The notes under the pieces: model-generated
What the model was told of the DNA's origin: nothing
The model's database searches: none
The model's input: only the letters and a program-made list of their open reading frames with translations
Made by a program: the position numbers and the translations under genes
DNA from: Balanoglossus misakiensis
Lineage: Eukaryota > Animalia > Hemichordata
Length of the DNA stretch: 64,000 nt
NCBI GenBank assembly: GCA_040954595.2
Contig: CM082580.2
Location: 5,959,519-6,023,518 of the forward strand
Direction of reading: 5' to 3'
Shown: one piece after another, positions 1 to 18,801 of the stretch
Numbering within the stretch: position 1 is the stretch's first letter
Layout of the letters: each line of letters opens with the position of its first letter

Positions 1-551
1 AAGTAACACCGTTGTGACTGTAATATTGGACAAAGTCACGACATTTTAACTCTGGTCTGTTCTGAAGTGATTGAGGGTATGGGAATATTGCTCAGGTTTT
101 TTTTTGCCTGTTGAGTAAAGTGTGCAAAGTTGGACAATGTTCATTGTTTATGTTTATCATACTGCACATGCAGTCGTAATTATTCCTCAAAATCATCTGC
201 AGGACTGAATTCATACGTGGCAGTTGAGGTATTACCCTAGAGCTGAACACCCCCCCCCCCCCACAATTTCCATGTCCTTGCATTATATACAATGTCATTC
301 TTCGTGTGGCCTAAGCAGCATATGCAATATGCATGTACTAATTCACTATGTATAATAAGTGGCAGGAAATGGTTATTTCAGAATGGATATATGCCAGAAA
401 AGGGTCACAGACAATCACGACATCAACTCAACTCCAAACTTATTGAACATGCACAAATAGCAAAATATCTTCAAGACGTAAAAGATGGTGGAGAATTCCT
501 GGTGCCAATCAAGAAGACTAATATCGGTTTCCAAACTTTTGACATTTTCAG

Positions 552-1201
552 TACAGCGCCGTGACGCTCCACGGTGGCAAAAGTCAGGAACAGCGAGAGT
601 TTGCGCTGGCCAGTCTGAAGAGCGGCGCTAAAGACATCTTGGTGGCCACCGACGTGGCCGGACGTGGTATCGATATCAGGGATGTGTCTATGGTCATCAA
701 CTATGACATGGCGAAAAATATTGAAGGTATTTGTTACGAGGTTAATCTTGTTACAATGTCCCTAATGCTTGAAAACAGTTCAAAGGATGTGTCAAAGATG
801 CTCCCTGACACCTCCCCTCCCCCCCCCCTTGTGACCTATGACATCATTCATGAGTTTACTTCCAAGCCATGTTTCACAGTGGTGAAGATTCTAAGCAGAA
901 ATAGTGCGGAAGAAAAAAAAGGCCTGCCTTGTGAAGTATAAAATGTGACATATTTTGTCCGCTTTTTCTTTCAGACTACACTCATCGTATCGGTCGTACG
1001 GGTCGTGCCGGCAAGACTGGCATGGCGGTCTCGTTTCTCACTCCAGACGACAAAGCCGTCTTCTATGATCTGAAACAAGTTATAATGAACAGTCCCGTGT
1101 CAACCTGTCCACCTGAGCTGGCCAATCATGCAGAGTCTCAGCACAAACCAGGAACTGTGATGTCAAAGAAACGACGCGAAGAGACTCTTTATGTCAGCTA
1201 A
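552..1201 (+). CDS. DDX23: DEAD-box RNA helicase DDX23/PRP28 (U5 snRNP 100 kDa), 3' end; last two coding exons 552-726 and 975-1201
   Basis: Spliced translation [58 protein letters not shown]|[16 protein letters not shown]...[30 protein letters not shown] contains helicase motifs V and VI and the PRP28-type C-terminus. Splice sites tttcag|552, 726|gtattt, tttcag|975; phase 1 junction is consistent; TAA at 1199-1201. Upstream exons lie outside the window. Confidence 0.95.
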
Positions 1202-1798
1202 GAAGGGGAAAATGTAATTTGACCCGGGTATTTTTTAGGGGTAGCAATTAGTATTGGAGGGGTATATTATATTTGGGGGGCTGTTTGAAGATACCATCGG
1301 CATTTTTATAATGTTGTGAAAAAAATTCGGTTCCAGTCCTATACTTTAAGAGAATTCTACCCCTCAAAGGAAGTTTGTAGTTAAATCATAGACTCACTTC
1401 TAGTGTCTATGGTTATTGATACAATATTCAGTGAGATATTGTCAATATACTTCGGAGTCACCTTGGACCAATCATTCATTCAGATCATGCTCAGATAACC
1501 CAAGGACTGATTAAGAGAGATCATTTATTTTCTCCTCCCAAAAATGTTATGTGTTGGCCCATAAGCCAACATTTGAAACGTTTTCTCTTTTTTGTTCTGT
1601 GACATGGTTTACACAGTCACTACTAAGCCAAGTTTAGCTATACCTCAGTTGATGAAATCAGTTCCGCAGATATGATGTTTTTCGATGATCATTTTGCATA
1701 TTCTTACAGTATGATGTATCTCTAATTTCTGTTTCTGATGGCATTTATGGCTTTGCACATACATGTAATTCACACCGTACTGTAATGGGAAAAAATGG

Positions 1799-1804
1799 AA
1801 TAAA
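1799..1804 (+). terminator. Probable poly(A) signal of DDX23
   Basis: AATAAA ~600 nt after the stop, followed by GT-rich sequence; an alternative lies at 1921-1926. Confidence 0.45.
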
Positions 1805-2743
1805 AAGAAGGCTTTTCGCCTCATAGAAATCTACAACTATGTGCTTGTGGACTCATTACTATATGTGATTACAGAAGAAAATCTTATAATATATAGATTT
1901 TTATTTATCATCTGTGTAAAAATAAACATTAAATCAAAACAAAAGAAAAGTTAAATGGAGTTTAATATTATTTACAATGTGTATTTGTGTCATAAAAACA
2001 TTCCCAATTTATTGCTGGTATGCGCTTATAGTTCCATTGTTAAATTTTGGAAATAACTTCTTATGTTTGTACACAGCATTTTCAGGGGAAGGGCTGTAAT
2101 GCCAATATGATATATGTACGCCCTATTTTAAGAATCAGTATCTTCAATATCAGCTAGTTCACAGAAATACTGGAACTGGTTTCGGCAGTAAAGTGCTGGC
2201 TGGGCACCAGTAAGTAATGTATTGTTCAGACAGAAAATCTTGTGAGCATAGCAAGTGCAGTGCGAGTGTAGGACACCCTTGGGAATGAACCAAGTGTCCT
2301 AAACCCTTTCCACCACCACGACTTGGTTCAACTCCACCGTTTCCAATGGCAGTAGTGGATCTTTGTACGGGAAAGTGGGGGTAGAAGAGTAAAAAAAAGA
2401 GATGTCCTGGTTAGAATGGTATCCGTAATGACAGCTTTCACTGCAGACATGGATGGCTGAATGTTTGATATGGTCAAAGCCATTCAAAATTCCACGACTT
2501 TCCAGGAGTGCTTCCTGTGGTTGTCCAGGATTTACCCATGATTGATATATTATGGCAGCAAGTGGTTCAAAATTTCATGCCTGTCTTGTCTGTTCCAGAT
2601 GTTGTGTGTATCCAGTATGACGACTTACAACAGTGTCGGATGATTACTTGCGTACTGTGCGCGGCAGTGCTAAAAATCCCACGTGAATGAAAGAAATCTC
2701 AGTCGCTGCGTTACGGTTGCTGGTCACAGTATTTCAGTCTATC

Positions 2744-2834
2744 TAACCCTTTCACCCCTAGTTCACTCTTACGAGGTCCAACCTAAACATAGAAAACAAC
2801 ATATTTGGACTGAACCATGGTGGTGAAAGGGTTA
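2744..2834 (+). mobile_element. ~90-bp piggyBac-like MITE (family A), in the RFWD3 3' UTR region
   Basis: TAACCCTTTCACC...GGTGAAAGGGTTA terminal inverted repeats; internal sequence shared with the copies at 10.5, 12.4 and 21.3 kb. Confidence 0.75.
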
Positions 2835-3001
2835 AAACTGAGTGGATTCATTGTATGTTGCCGTATTGGTGGATGTCAAACTTTCAGGGTTTCTTAGATC
2901 TGATGTAAATGTATGTGGGGGACATTTGACACAACACAGTCCCTTGAAAGACACTAGTGGCAAGTTGTAATTTCAGTTCAATTCGAAACATGGCTAAGAG
3001 C

Positions 3002-6000
3002 TCACGACCATTTGTGTATTTTAACAATCTTCTCCGTCATTGTCGCCAGCATGTGCTGGTTGTTCAACTTGAACGGACACACATCCATGACTGGAGCATT
3101 GGTGGGGAGTTTCTGTCGCAAAGAGCCGGTACTTCCATCCCATATTTGGGCCTAAAAGGGAAGCACAGAAAATACAGCACAAACATTAGTAAAATTCTAC
3201 ATTTAGTGCATCACAGAAATGCTCACAAATAAGGAATAACTTGATAGTGAAATGAATCATTCAGATTCTTTGAAATTTCTACAAATTTTACAAATAGTTA
3301 TTCTTTACATGCTTTCAAATCCATTTTTCTCTAAAAAAAAAACCACCATGGTGTCATACTTACTGATAAACTGGATTCGTCACCAGCGCAAGCCAGCACT
3401 TTGCCTTGGTCGGCAGGACTTTGGAACAACCTTGATCTGGTCAGATGTTTCACACTAGAACCACCGTAGAACGTCTGAACAGGATTGCACGTACAGGTTG
3501 CAGTGTTGCTCTGACCGATGTTGAGTTGGCGACACTGTAGTTCACACATCTGATGACGCAAGCAAAAAACAAACCCGAAACAATTACATTCCTGTCTGAG
3601 ATATTACAACCACTAATGCAGAGATTCAATTAAAGTTATACATGTATTTGAAAGGGCAAACTGTGAAACAAAAATGGAGAACCACTTTCAGATCATTCAA
3701 AGTTTGAATATAATTCTGACTGTCTCCTCTGTACTGACACATACATACCACATGTCTGGCTGTATTGTGCGTTCTGCCTGGTCTGAACGATGCCAGACAA
3801 TGCCTTGTACTTCGTTCAAATGACAAATATGTACAACTGCCTGCAAAGTCAAAAGAAATCAATGAATCAAATTCATTTTTAAAGTCAGATATCCTTGTAT
3901 CACACAACATCACATTTTCAGAGCACATAAATGGGGTCCAGGGTAGAAACCGATGACCAGATCAGAATACCTTCTAGGGGCAGGATATGTGGTTTGTACT
4001 CAGCGGCCGTCTTCTTCTCCCAGAACTGACCTCCTTCTAAGGTTCCGGACAGCAATCCACTGCACCTAGAAATACCAAGGAAACCAATGGCATGGTGTAG
4101 GCAGGGTAGAACAAAGCATCACTATAAACAAAGATATTCATATAGAATGAGAAATCCAATGAAATCTGTCTGAACCCAGTATGATGCAGAATCTAAAAGG
4201 ATTATGATAGAACTTGTTTGCCGTGGTTCTGTTCGGATGGTCACGGTGGTAGTGGAGTGGGTATGTGTGCATGTATGTGTGTGTGTGTGGGAGTGTAGGT
4301 GTGCGCGTGTCTGTGGGCCTATGGGGACTTGACAGTTGCTCACTGTAAAATTTTTAGGTTTTAATAGACAGAGTTTAATTTAGGTGACCCTGCAGATGGA
4401 ACACAGGGGGGAATACAAATCATTATCATAATGTCCGACCTACCCGAAGGAGGAGTTGGCGTTACTTTCCACGTAATGCAGAGACACGATCGGACACCGC
4501 GAACCCTCTCTGTTGAACTGGGTGACCTCAGTGTTTGTGTTGCGGGTGTCGTACATGACTATACTGCCGTTCATCAGACCCGCGTAAATGTAATTCGTGT
4601 CGTCCAAGTTCCAGGCACAGCTCCACACAGGCACAGTACACGTGTATCTGAAAACAAGGGAAGATAATAGTCATTCTTGAGTTCAATATTAACATCTGGT
4701 ATCTGAATGTTTTCAATGATTCACATAATGCCTATATAAAAACATACATACATACATACATACATACATGTACATACATACATACATACATGTACATACA
4801 TACATACATACATACATACATACATACATACATACATACATACATACATACAGACAGACAGACAGACATAAAGACAGACAGACAGACAGATGCAACCAAT
4901 CCCATACAGTCCCAATGGTATATATATACATATACTAAATGGGACCTAAAAAAGAAACTTACGTTTGAACAACTGTGTTGCTAAGGAGACTGGTGATTTT
5001 CACAGTCTTGTCAATGGACGTGCTGAGCAGCAATCCATCCTGACGATTGTTGAAACAACAATCTCTCAATATTTTGGTGTGGACTGTCACATACTGGCTA
5101 CTCTTCATGTCCAGCATGCTGATCTGCAAAAAAAACACAAGATTCAAATCATGTAAACAAGTTGGAAATTCATCATTAAACAGCACATTGCCTTCTGAAA
5201 TTCACAAATCGGTGCTGCAGAAAGTAAAAAATTACAACCCGGAAATTTACTGTAGCTTTGGCTGTGTATTCATTTATGACAATCATAACTTATGTCTTGT
5301 AAATTATCAGAAAACATGCACTCCAAATTTGTCAATAAGCCAATGACTATATAAACAGACTCTGAACTCACCTTTTTGATGCCATAACCTGGGAAGAGCT
5401 GATTATTGGGTGATGGCATGGACACCACAAGAAGTCCGTGTGATGGGTCAAAGGCCATGACACGACAGCCACCATTCTACAAAAAGTGATAAAATCTTTG
5501 AATAAGTACATTGTGGCGAAAGGGTTAAACATATTAGAGGGTTTTACAATTTATTTCGATATTCCAAGAACATTTATTTATGATGTAATTGTTCCTAAAA
5601 AAATTTTTTTTTTAAAGCTTAAGTACTTACTGGGGATATCGTGATTGTTTTTTCAATTCTGTATTGTCCATTGACACCTGATGCTGGGACTTGGGAGCTT
5701 GATGGTCCTGGTCTGAAAGATACATGCAAAAAAATTGTTTGTATGTAAAATCTTTGCTTTACAACTTTGACAAGAAGATTTTCGGCAATACCAGTACAAC
5801 GACGGCTGATGAAAAGCAGTTTCTGCAATTCTACTGTCTATGTGGCAAGAGATGATACCATCAGAGTTAAGGACTTTGCAAATCAATCTGGAAAAACATT
5901 TTACAGGCAGGTCTGATTGACTGGAGGCGAAATATGTTAATGAAGCAACTAACTGGTCATGTCATGTGACTTTGATAGACTGGCAACTGGACTCACCTGT

Positions 6001-7737
6001 TTTGCATAGAGATCTGTCTGTCATGTGACCTGAGCTGTGATTTCAACCTATTACACTCCTCCAGTGCCAGCTGATACTGCATTTTCAACTGAGCCGCTTC
6101 TATTTCTGTCTTGCGTCTAATCTCTTTTTCTTTTTCCAGTTCTTTCAGGGCTCTGTCTCTCTCGGTGGTGTCCAGTGCCCTCACAGCCTTGGCATAGAGA
6201 ACCCTGATGTCTGATTTCTTGGCCTTTGCGTTGCATTGTGGGCATTTCCCGCCGTGACCTTTCAGCCACTTTTCTATGCAACTACATGTACAGAAAATGT
6301 TGTTTTAAAATATAACATTTGAATTTAACATATAGAAGACATTGTATGGCAAAGATAATTAGTTTACTTCATGGCATGCATGTCACAAACAAGAAATATA
6401 CACTACATGAAATAAACGGTTAGTCATGAGATTTGTTTCAGTGAAACTTATAGCTGCTGATAAGACACTAGCATAGTGTGCAATACATATCTGAAGTGTG
6501 ACTCACCTTTGCCCAAAGAGATGACCACATTTGAGAGAAGACAGCCTGTGAGATCCTGAGTTGGTCCAGGAATCAAAACATATGGAACAATTCTGTATAG
6601 AACAGAATGCAGAAAGATTTGGTGCTCAAACTTTGGATGAATATGTACAAGGAAAGTAATTTAGCCAAATATAGCTACCTTCTTGCTTTCTTGCCTTTGC
6701 TCAAGTTATTTTATTTCCTAGTTTATAACTGGACAGAACAGGACAGGACAGAATAGAATTAAAAAGTACATTTTCAGCATCTTACCTCTGCCTCATCGTC
6801 CTTCTCAGGAGAAAAAGGGATTGATTTCTTGGGTATTACAAAATTATTGGGTGACTGAATTGAAGTGTTGATTAAACTGAGATCGGCATGAACATTCACT
6901 ACTGGCTGTCTCGGTTCATCCTGAAATGAAGAAAATATCAGTTAGCCGATAACAGTATATTCCGGCTGAAAACTTTTCAAAAGCCTGTAGATTAACCCCT
7001 TTGTTCACATACCACAGATGCCTGGAGGAATAGAAATCATATTTTTCATAATCAGACCACACCTGTATCAGATCTATTTCAATCTGGTTTGCATCAGTAG
7101 GAGCAACAGGAGGATCCCTCCGGTCTCTTGAACTCTGACCTGGTGCACCTGGGGTCGGCTGCGATTCTGTCCGGACAACTGCTTGAGGGAGGCTTTGATC
7201 ATGTGGTTCTGTTCTGGCGCCCGATTGGTCGTTTTGTTGCTGCGCATCAACAACTAATAATGGCTGACTTTCCTGTTGGCTCTGGGATTGCGTGTTGCCA
7301 AGAGCCATGTTTTCAGAGTTTTCAGGCCGGGCAGTCTCTGGCCCCAGAGTCCTTTGCGTGGGCATTTCTGATTGGTCATTGTTCTCTGGAACGCGATCTG
7401 GTTGGTTGCTGTCATCATCATCGCCGAATAGCGAGTCATCTGAATCAATCTGTGTTGCATCACTGTCCTCCCCGGCCTGCTCTACATTTGGATTATTACT
7501 TCCAAGTAACGGTCTGTCTGTTTGGCCCCTGCTTTCAGCCACTGGTGGATCATGCCCAAGAAAGGCCCTCCCGGGTCGGTTCAAATCTTGAAGCGCTGGA
7601 CCGGCTTGCTCGTTCTCGTCATCAGAAGAGTCGTCAAACATCGTTTCATCACTGTCATACTGAGTCTCCACCTCATCATCATCATCATTACCACCACCAG
7701 GATCAATTTCCATTTGTTCTTCAGCTGACATCATCAT
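3002..7737 (-). CDS. RFWD3: E3 ubiquitin ligase RFWD3 (FANCW): acidic N-terminus, RING finger, coiled coil, WD40; ~751 aa. Exons 7063-7737, 6786-6920, 6507-6592, 5997-6281, 5631-5712, 5372-5476, 4963-5123, 4444-4647, 3971-4065, 3749-3840, 3364-3549, 3002-3151
   Basis: All junctions are GT-AG and phase-compatible. [72 protein letters not shown]40 motif [22 protein letters not shown] and C-terminus [15 protein letters not shown] match RFWD3 as I recall it. An in-frame stop lies upstream of the ATG at 7737. Confidence 0.93.
4743..4889. repeat. Compound microsatellite (TACA)n(GACA)n in an RFWD3 intron
   Basis: Directly visible tetranucleotide repeats; they generate the spurious MYVC/HTYI ORFs. 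Confidence 0.95.
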
Positions 7738-8190
7738 TATTACAGATAAAATTTAGACATTCCGGATAATATTCATGTCAAAAGAAAATGCAGACATTGC
7801 AGATAGTGTTCATGTCAATCTCCAAAAAATGTACATCTGGAAATTAATTAAAATAACACCATTTTAGGTACACTATTATGTTATAATTCAATGTGACGAA
7901 ATGCAACAAACACACAAGGCGATCTTTTCCCTCGTCTGCAGTCTGAGGAAGCGACAGGTCGTTTGTTAAGATCTCCCAGATGATGACGCCTGTCGTCTCA
8001 CTTGAACTTTGAGATGCCTCTTACAAATACATGGTTCACCTGTACCACTGCATGCAGAGGTCCATGTGGGATGAAATCTTACACACACATTTGTAAGTTT
8101 TTGTAACGCGTCAATTCTCATATTTACCAACTAAACAGCAGTGGAAAGGGGCTAACCCGAGAAAGGTGTATTCTCCTTACAATTATTTAC

Positions 8191-8509
8191 CTTAAACTCG
8201 GAGAAATTCCTCGCAAAACCTACGACACTACTGCATACGTTTCGAAAGTGCCGCCTTGTTAGGTAAAACTAGGTCACACAAAGGTCGTAGGTCGATGTCA
8301 GGCTCGTACTGTGTCAAAACACACAAATTTATCATGTAAAATTGTATGCTCTGTTTATACACAATGCGACGAAATGTTCTAATTAATCGTAAACTAAATA
8401 TAATAAATAATATCATTTACTGCAAAATATTGCTAATATGTGTAATATTATGTAGACGGTAATAGCGCTCATTAATTTTCTTGTGAATGAGGAAATATAA
8501 ATACTGAAA

Positions 8510-8520
<11 letters not shown>
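8191..8520. promoter_or_regulatory. Putative bidirectional promoter between RFWD3 (non-coding exon 1, donor at 8191) and YIPF3 (ATG 8510)
   Basis: Minus-strand donor TAAG|gtaaat at 8191/8190 pairs with acceptor tttccag|7836. CpG-containing flanks surround an AT-rich core. A YY1-like AAAATGGCTGCC overlaps the YIPF3 start codon. Confidence 0.55.
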
Positions 8521-13756
<5,236 letters not shown>

Positions 13757-16160
13757 TTAATTTAACCACTACTGCTAGCCTTGTGCTACTAACAACAACT
13801 ACCTCCTACAGATATTTTCTCGCTCAAGTAATTGTAACCCTCACGTAAAGACTGAATACTTTTCTTATGCGAGTGTGGTTGATGTAGTGTTGAAGATTTG
13901 CATTTTGAAGTATACAGAAATCTTGATTTGGTTGAAAGCACAGAGGGCAACAAAACCCATGGTGATATTTAGCACATCTCATTGCAACTTTTAGCTATAA
14001 TTAAACATTGGGCAGCTTGGGTAGAGTTTATTTGTACAATTTGTGACTGTGAAGATAAAAAAATCAGAAAATCTTGTTAATTTTTTGGTGCGTGGGGCCA
14101 CTTTCAAGTGAAGATGTGCACAACAGAATATAAAGCTGGCATATCAAGATTTCCGAGATACTGTGATGTCTGTGATGTTGATCAACTTGAGTGTTTGTGC
14201 ATCGTGTCAGTGGTAGCATGGGATAATGTTAACTAGGTTCTCTGACTTTAAATCAAGGTGATGGTTCTAAGGTTGGCATGTTCACACTTTACAAGAAAAT
14301 CAGGGAGAACTTCAAGTTGCACAGTGCATGTGGTGTAATATGGGTGTATGACATTCAGTGTGTGTAGTAATTAGGAAATTTACTTTTTTACTAAAAAGAC
14401 TTGCTTTGTAGGTGTGGTGGAGAGCTGTGTACAAATATCTTGCTCACTGCCACAGAGGCACACAGTGACAGACACGCACCCAAGCAGCTGAAAATTCAGA
14501 CTGATCGATTGACATGCAGACACAAATCCATAATGCACATTCATAGATGCATACATACATATACACAATCACATGCACACACACACACCTATCATATCTG
14601 ACAATATACAAGCTACTGTTATGCATGGTTTCAGTAACCTATTACCTCAACATCCTATCCAATGAATACTGTTTGTTTTGAAATTAAACAATCTTTTTCA
14701 TTACATATGCTCAGAGTTTTCACTCAACATTCTATTTTCTTGCATTATCAAACCAGTGTGTCTACCCAATTCTTGTGGCTGTCATTGTTGGTTTTGAATT
14801 ATTGTCGTACTGTACTGTGGTTTTGTACATGGCAGCCTTCCTTTCAACTTTCTTTGTTTCTTGAAGGAACATCTCTAATGGAAGACTTAGTAATAGGCAA
14901 TTTTTCTTCTTTTGTTCACAGCGATTGGTTGAAATGGAACTGGAGGAAATCATGCCTGCAGTGATTTGCAAATTGATTTGCAAGCAATCAAATGAGACCT
15001 GTTATCATCTGGATAAAATGCGCACCAGTGCACATGTAAATAAAACAAAGAGGGGTTAATGGACCCAGCCAGGCAGGGAGGTCGTTTCAGAATAAAACTT
15101 TCAACTCAAAATTGATAAAAAGAACTCTGCATTCTAAGCAATCAGTGTGACAATATTTTGAAAAGAATGTACACACATGTAATTATTTGCATGTATATGT
15201 GAAGAGTTTGTGTACAGGCTATCCTTAGTGTTATTTTTGTCTGCATGATAGTGGACTTAAACAGTTTTCATTTCATTATGAAATTGGACAAACTTTATTC
15301 ATTTGGGAAACATAGGTAGTGATTAGACTGTTTATCGCCCTCTGCTGTGTATATAATTTTATTGGCTGGCAACATCGGTTTGGTGGATAATTTCAGGGGT
15401 ATAATGGTAATACATAATTTCTTCATTGAGGGGATATACTCTTGATTACTGTACGCAATTTCGTAATTCGTTTTAGGGTAACCTTTTCCCCGTAGTGTCA
15501 ATGGCATCAGTATGGCTACAAGGATATAATCTGTGCACTAATATTATGGTCAGTAAATCGTAATTTTAGACACACAGTTTAAATTTACATTTTTGGTCGT
15601 TTTTGAGTTAGGTCAGAACAATTAAGCTGGAGTGTGCGAATCTTTCATTTGGGAGAAGGTTAGGGGCTTCAAGGTATAAAAACACAACAGTGCTTGTCAT
15701 TTGGATGGCTATTAAATTATGTTATCATGGCAACTATCATCCTTTCATATGTATATAAACCTCAAACATTTCAATAAATGTTTTTTTCCAACATTTCAAA
15801 GGTATTGTGTTCATTTTGTAATGTTCATCATGACTAACGGTATTGACGTTATGACCTCTTACTCCTGCCCCCAAAATCAGAGTGGCATTATGGGGACACA
15901 GTCACAGATTATGGTCAGTCACAACCACATGAATATCTCATCTTTGACTGTTTTATACATGTATTGGCGTACTATTGCTCATATTATAGCACGCCCTCAG
16001 GTGGTGAATCCCTATGATCACTATAGAAATCCTTTAGGAATTTGGTCTGCGGGCCATTAATAATATTTTTTGTCTATAAAACCAGTCCTCAAAACCTATG
16101 CGATACAACTGCCTCAGATAACACGCAAAGACATTTTCTTTCTCTAATCTCAAGAAGCAT

Positions 16161-16166
16161 TTTATT
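16161..16166 (-). terminator. Probable poly(A) signal of the catenin gene (3' UTR ~2.6 kb)
   Basis: AATAAA on the minus strand at the end of a long U-rich tract downstream of the stop at 18802. Other hexamers exist, so usage is unproven. Confidence 0.4.
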
Positions 16167-17547
16167 GAAAACACACAAATATCTTGACTGTTTAGTTACA
16201 TGATGACAACCTAGAATCTGAACCAAATTAGATTACAGAACTGAAAGAAAAACAACACAGGAAATATAACAGTAAGAGGTCTTATGTAAGCAATACTTTG
16301 AAATAAACAGAAAAGCAGCCATATACACTGACAACGGTAATCGTCTCATGGTAAAAAGCACATAATGCAACTATAATGAAATATAATATTCATCTGACAT
16401 CAAAAAACATCAAGAAATTCCTTAATGTAAAAATAAACTTGCAGTACTATGATTTTTTTTCTCAGTAACTTCCTTTTGACTACGTGTGCAAATTACAGCC
16501 ACTTTGAGCTGCTTCAATTACTTTTAAAACTTTTTAAGACTTGGTCTTTCAACTAACGTGTAAAATTTGTCAAAAAATCTACAAAGTTACAAACCTTCAG
16601 ATAAACACCCTTAAAAATGCAGTTTTTCCCCAGAACAATAATTATTTGAAGCTTCACTTTTTTTTTATAAAAAATTATGTGCAAGTTTTCAACAGTGGTT
16701 TTTTCTGTTCCAAGTGGAAAATCTGCTATTGCGCTTCAATAGATTTCTCATGCAACAATACTATACAACTTTTTTTCTGTGTTTTTTTTTTAATTTTATT
16801 TTGGTTTAGAAAGGTTCCCATTCATAGTGTTTAATATTTTGCTGCATCCAATCAAGGTGGTAAAACTGTATCTCCACGTCGAAATGGTCCTCTTTCAAAA
16901 ATCCTGATGGATCCATGACCTATACATGTACATCCACAACTCTCGATTTGTCTCCTTGCTTATTTTATAACGAGTGGTTCCGTTTTTGTTCACACAGCTC
17001 CAGTTCAGTCAGTCCAACGATGTGCTTAAATTTCTACTGCAGAAAACTCGCTATGTCTTGATAATAGACTGTTCTTTTGCACACACAAATTGCAAGGTCC
17101 TGCAGTTGCTTTTGTGTTCGCATTGCTGTTCCATCAATGCCACAGTGACTTTATTCATCCACATCCCTTTGTGGGCCGCCTGCATCACACATCCTCCTGT
17201 AGTGATTTTTTTGTCCAAATGCCCAGTTCTTCTTTCATAAGCACATCTTTCTGGCTCCGAGTCCATCTCCTAGTTCACTTTTGATGAGGTCATTACTTAT
17301 ATTTTGAATACATTACAGGTGTACATTCGACCATGTCCAAATACTGCACCAGTGACATGGAACCATCGCGCATCTGCAAGTTGTCTCAATCTATCACATG
17401 GTCAGTTTACTAGTTTGTCTCTCGAGAGAGACTATAAAAAAATATAGCATGCTCCCATGATTCACATAAACAGCGTCTGCTTTTTTGACACGACAAAAAA
17501 CTGTGCAGCTATGTTCAGCACGACTCATGGGTGCGTGTGTTGTGTGT

Positions 17548-17653
17548 TTAACCCTTTCAATGCCACAGTCAACTTGTCATCTTTTAAAAAATTAACCCTC
17601 GTGACTGTTTCCACATTTTTTCTCAAAGGAAAAATTAGCACGTTGAAAGGGTA
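17548..17653. mobile_element. Second piggyBac-like MITE (different interior) in the catenin 3' UTR
   Basis: TTAACCCTTTCAA...TTGAAAGGGTA inverted termini; single copy in the window. Confidence 0.45.
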
Positions 17654-18801
17654 TTAGACAGTAGGGAAATTTTTACACTGACTCTGAAAGTCAACGAGAT
17701 GACATCAAGATGCGTTATTTATTGCTAAAAGATACACTTGTGTTTGTGATTTTTGCCAATGAAGTTGGTGATCAACGACAGTGTACTGTAAGGTCACACC
17801 ATCTCACGCAAAGCTTAATTCTCATTATTTAGACACCTCTGTAAGTGTCATTTTAACATAGAGCATAACATTATTAACTTTACCATGACCAGTTGATGGA
17901 GCATGGACTACACCAAAATGCTCCATGTTGACACTTTCCATGTTTTTTTTATCAAACTTGATGTCAAATTAATGTTCCTCTGATCTGCTTATGTCGTGAA
18001 ACTATGCATGGTTCTAAATCAAGCCAACAAAGACTATACTAGAGGCAGTGCGTAGGTGATAAAAATGCTAACTAAAGGGGAAAAAATATGAAAAAATAAC
18101 TAAAACCTGTGATTTCAGAACACCATCTTGACATGCAACAAAATATTAACATGCAATGAAAGTCGTCAATTTATGGAAAAAAAACTGATATGTCTCGCCT
18201 AATGTATTCCTCCTGCTTTTGAATTTCATTTTCCCCCCAGGAGGTTTGCTCTGACCGAACTCGCTTACAAAACAAGATCCTTGAAAGGCACAACTTGAAG
18301 ACTCTCTCACATCATTCTCCAACCCTCCGATGTAAATTATTGCAAACATTTACCATTTTTTGATTTAGCAGAACAACTGTATGGCACAGACGGGAAAAAA
18401 TCTGCCCTTTGTAGAATAAACCGACACTAAACAGAGAAGAAAAAACCCACTTTGATGCTGTTTCACTTTTGAGGACAGTGTTTTCAGGGGAACATTGGGT
18501 TTTCCGTTTCTCTGACCTAAAACAAGTAACTTTGAAAAAAAGGCTCAAAATAGCCCCTTTTTTTTAGAAATATACAAAATCGAAAATATAACTACCTTGT
18601 CTTGCTAAAAGCTCCCATTTCATTTGAACTTGCAATATGTTGTTCTACAATTCCGGAATCATTCGATCTTTTGTTAAAAGTTAAAACTTTCCTGCCTGGT
18701 TAGCAGTTTATTGATCAGAAGTTGGTGATTATTATTCTTTACAAAACTGGATATGAATTTTTTTTGTTGCTTTTAATAACTTCTGGAAGCGCATTCTATT
18801 T

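Noticed and set aside
4713-4984. MYVC/HTYI repeat ORFs
   Set aside because: These are translations of the (TACA)n microsatellite.
7128-7769. 213-aa plus-strand ORF with His runs
   Set aside because: It is the antisense shadow of the acidic RFWD3 exon (GAT repeats read as CAT) and has no recognisable domain.
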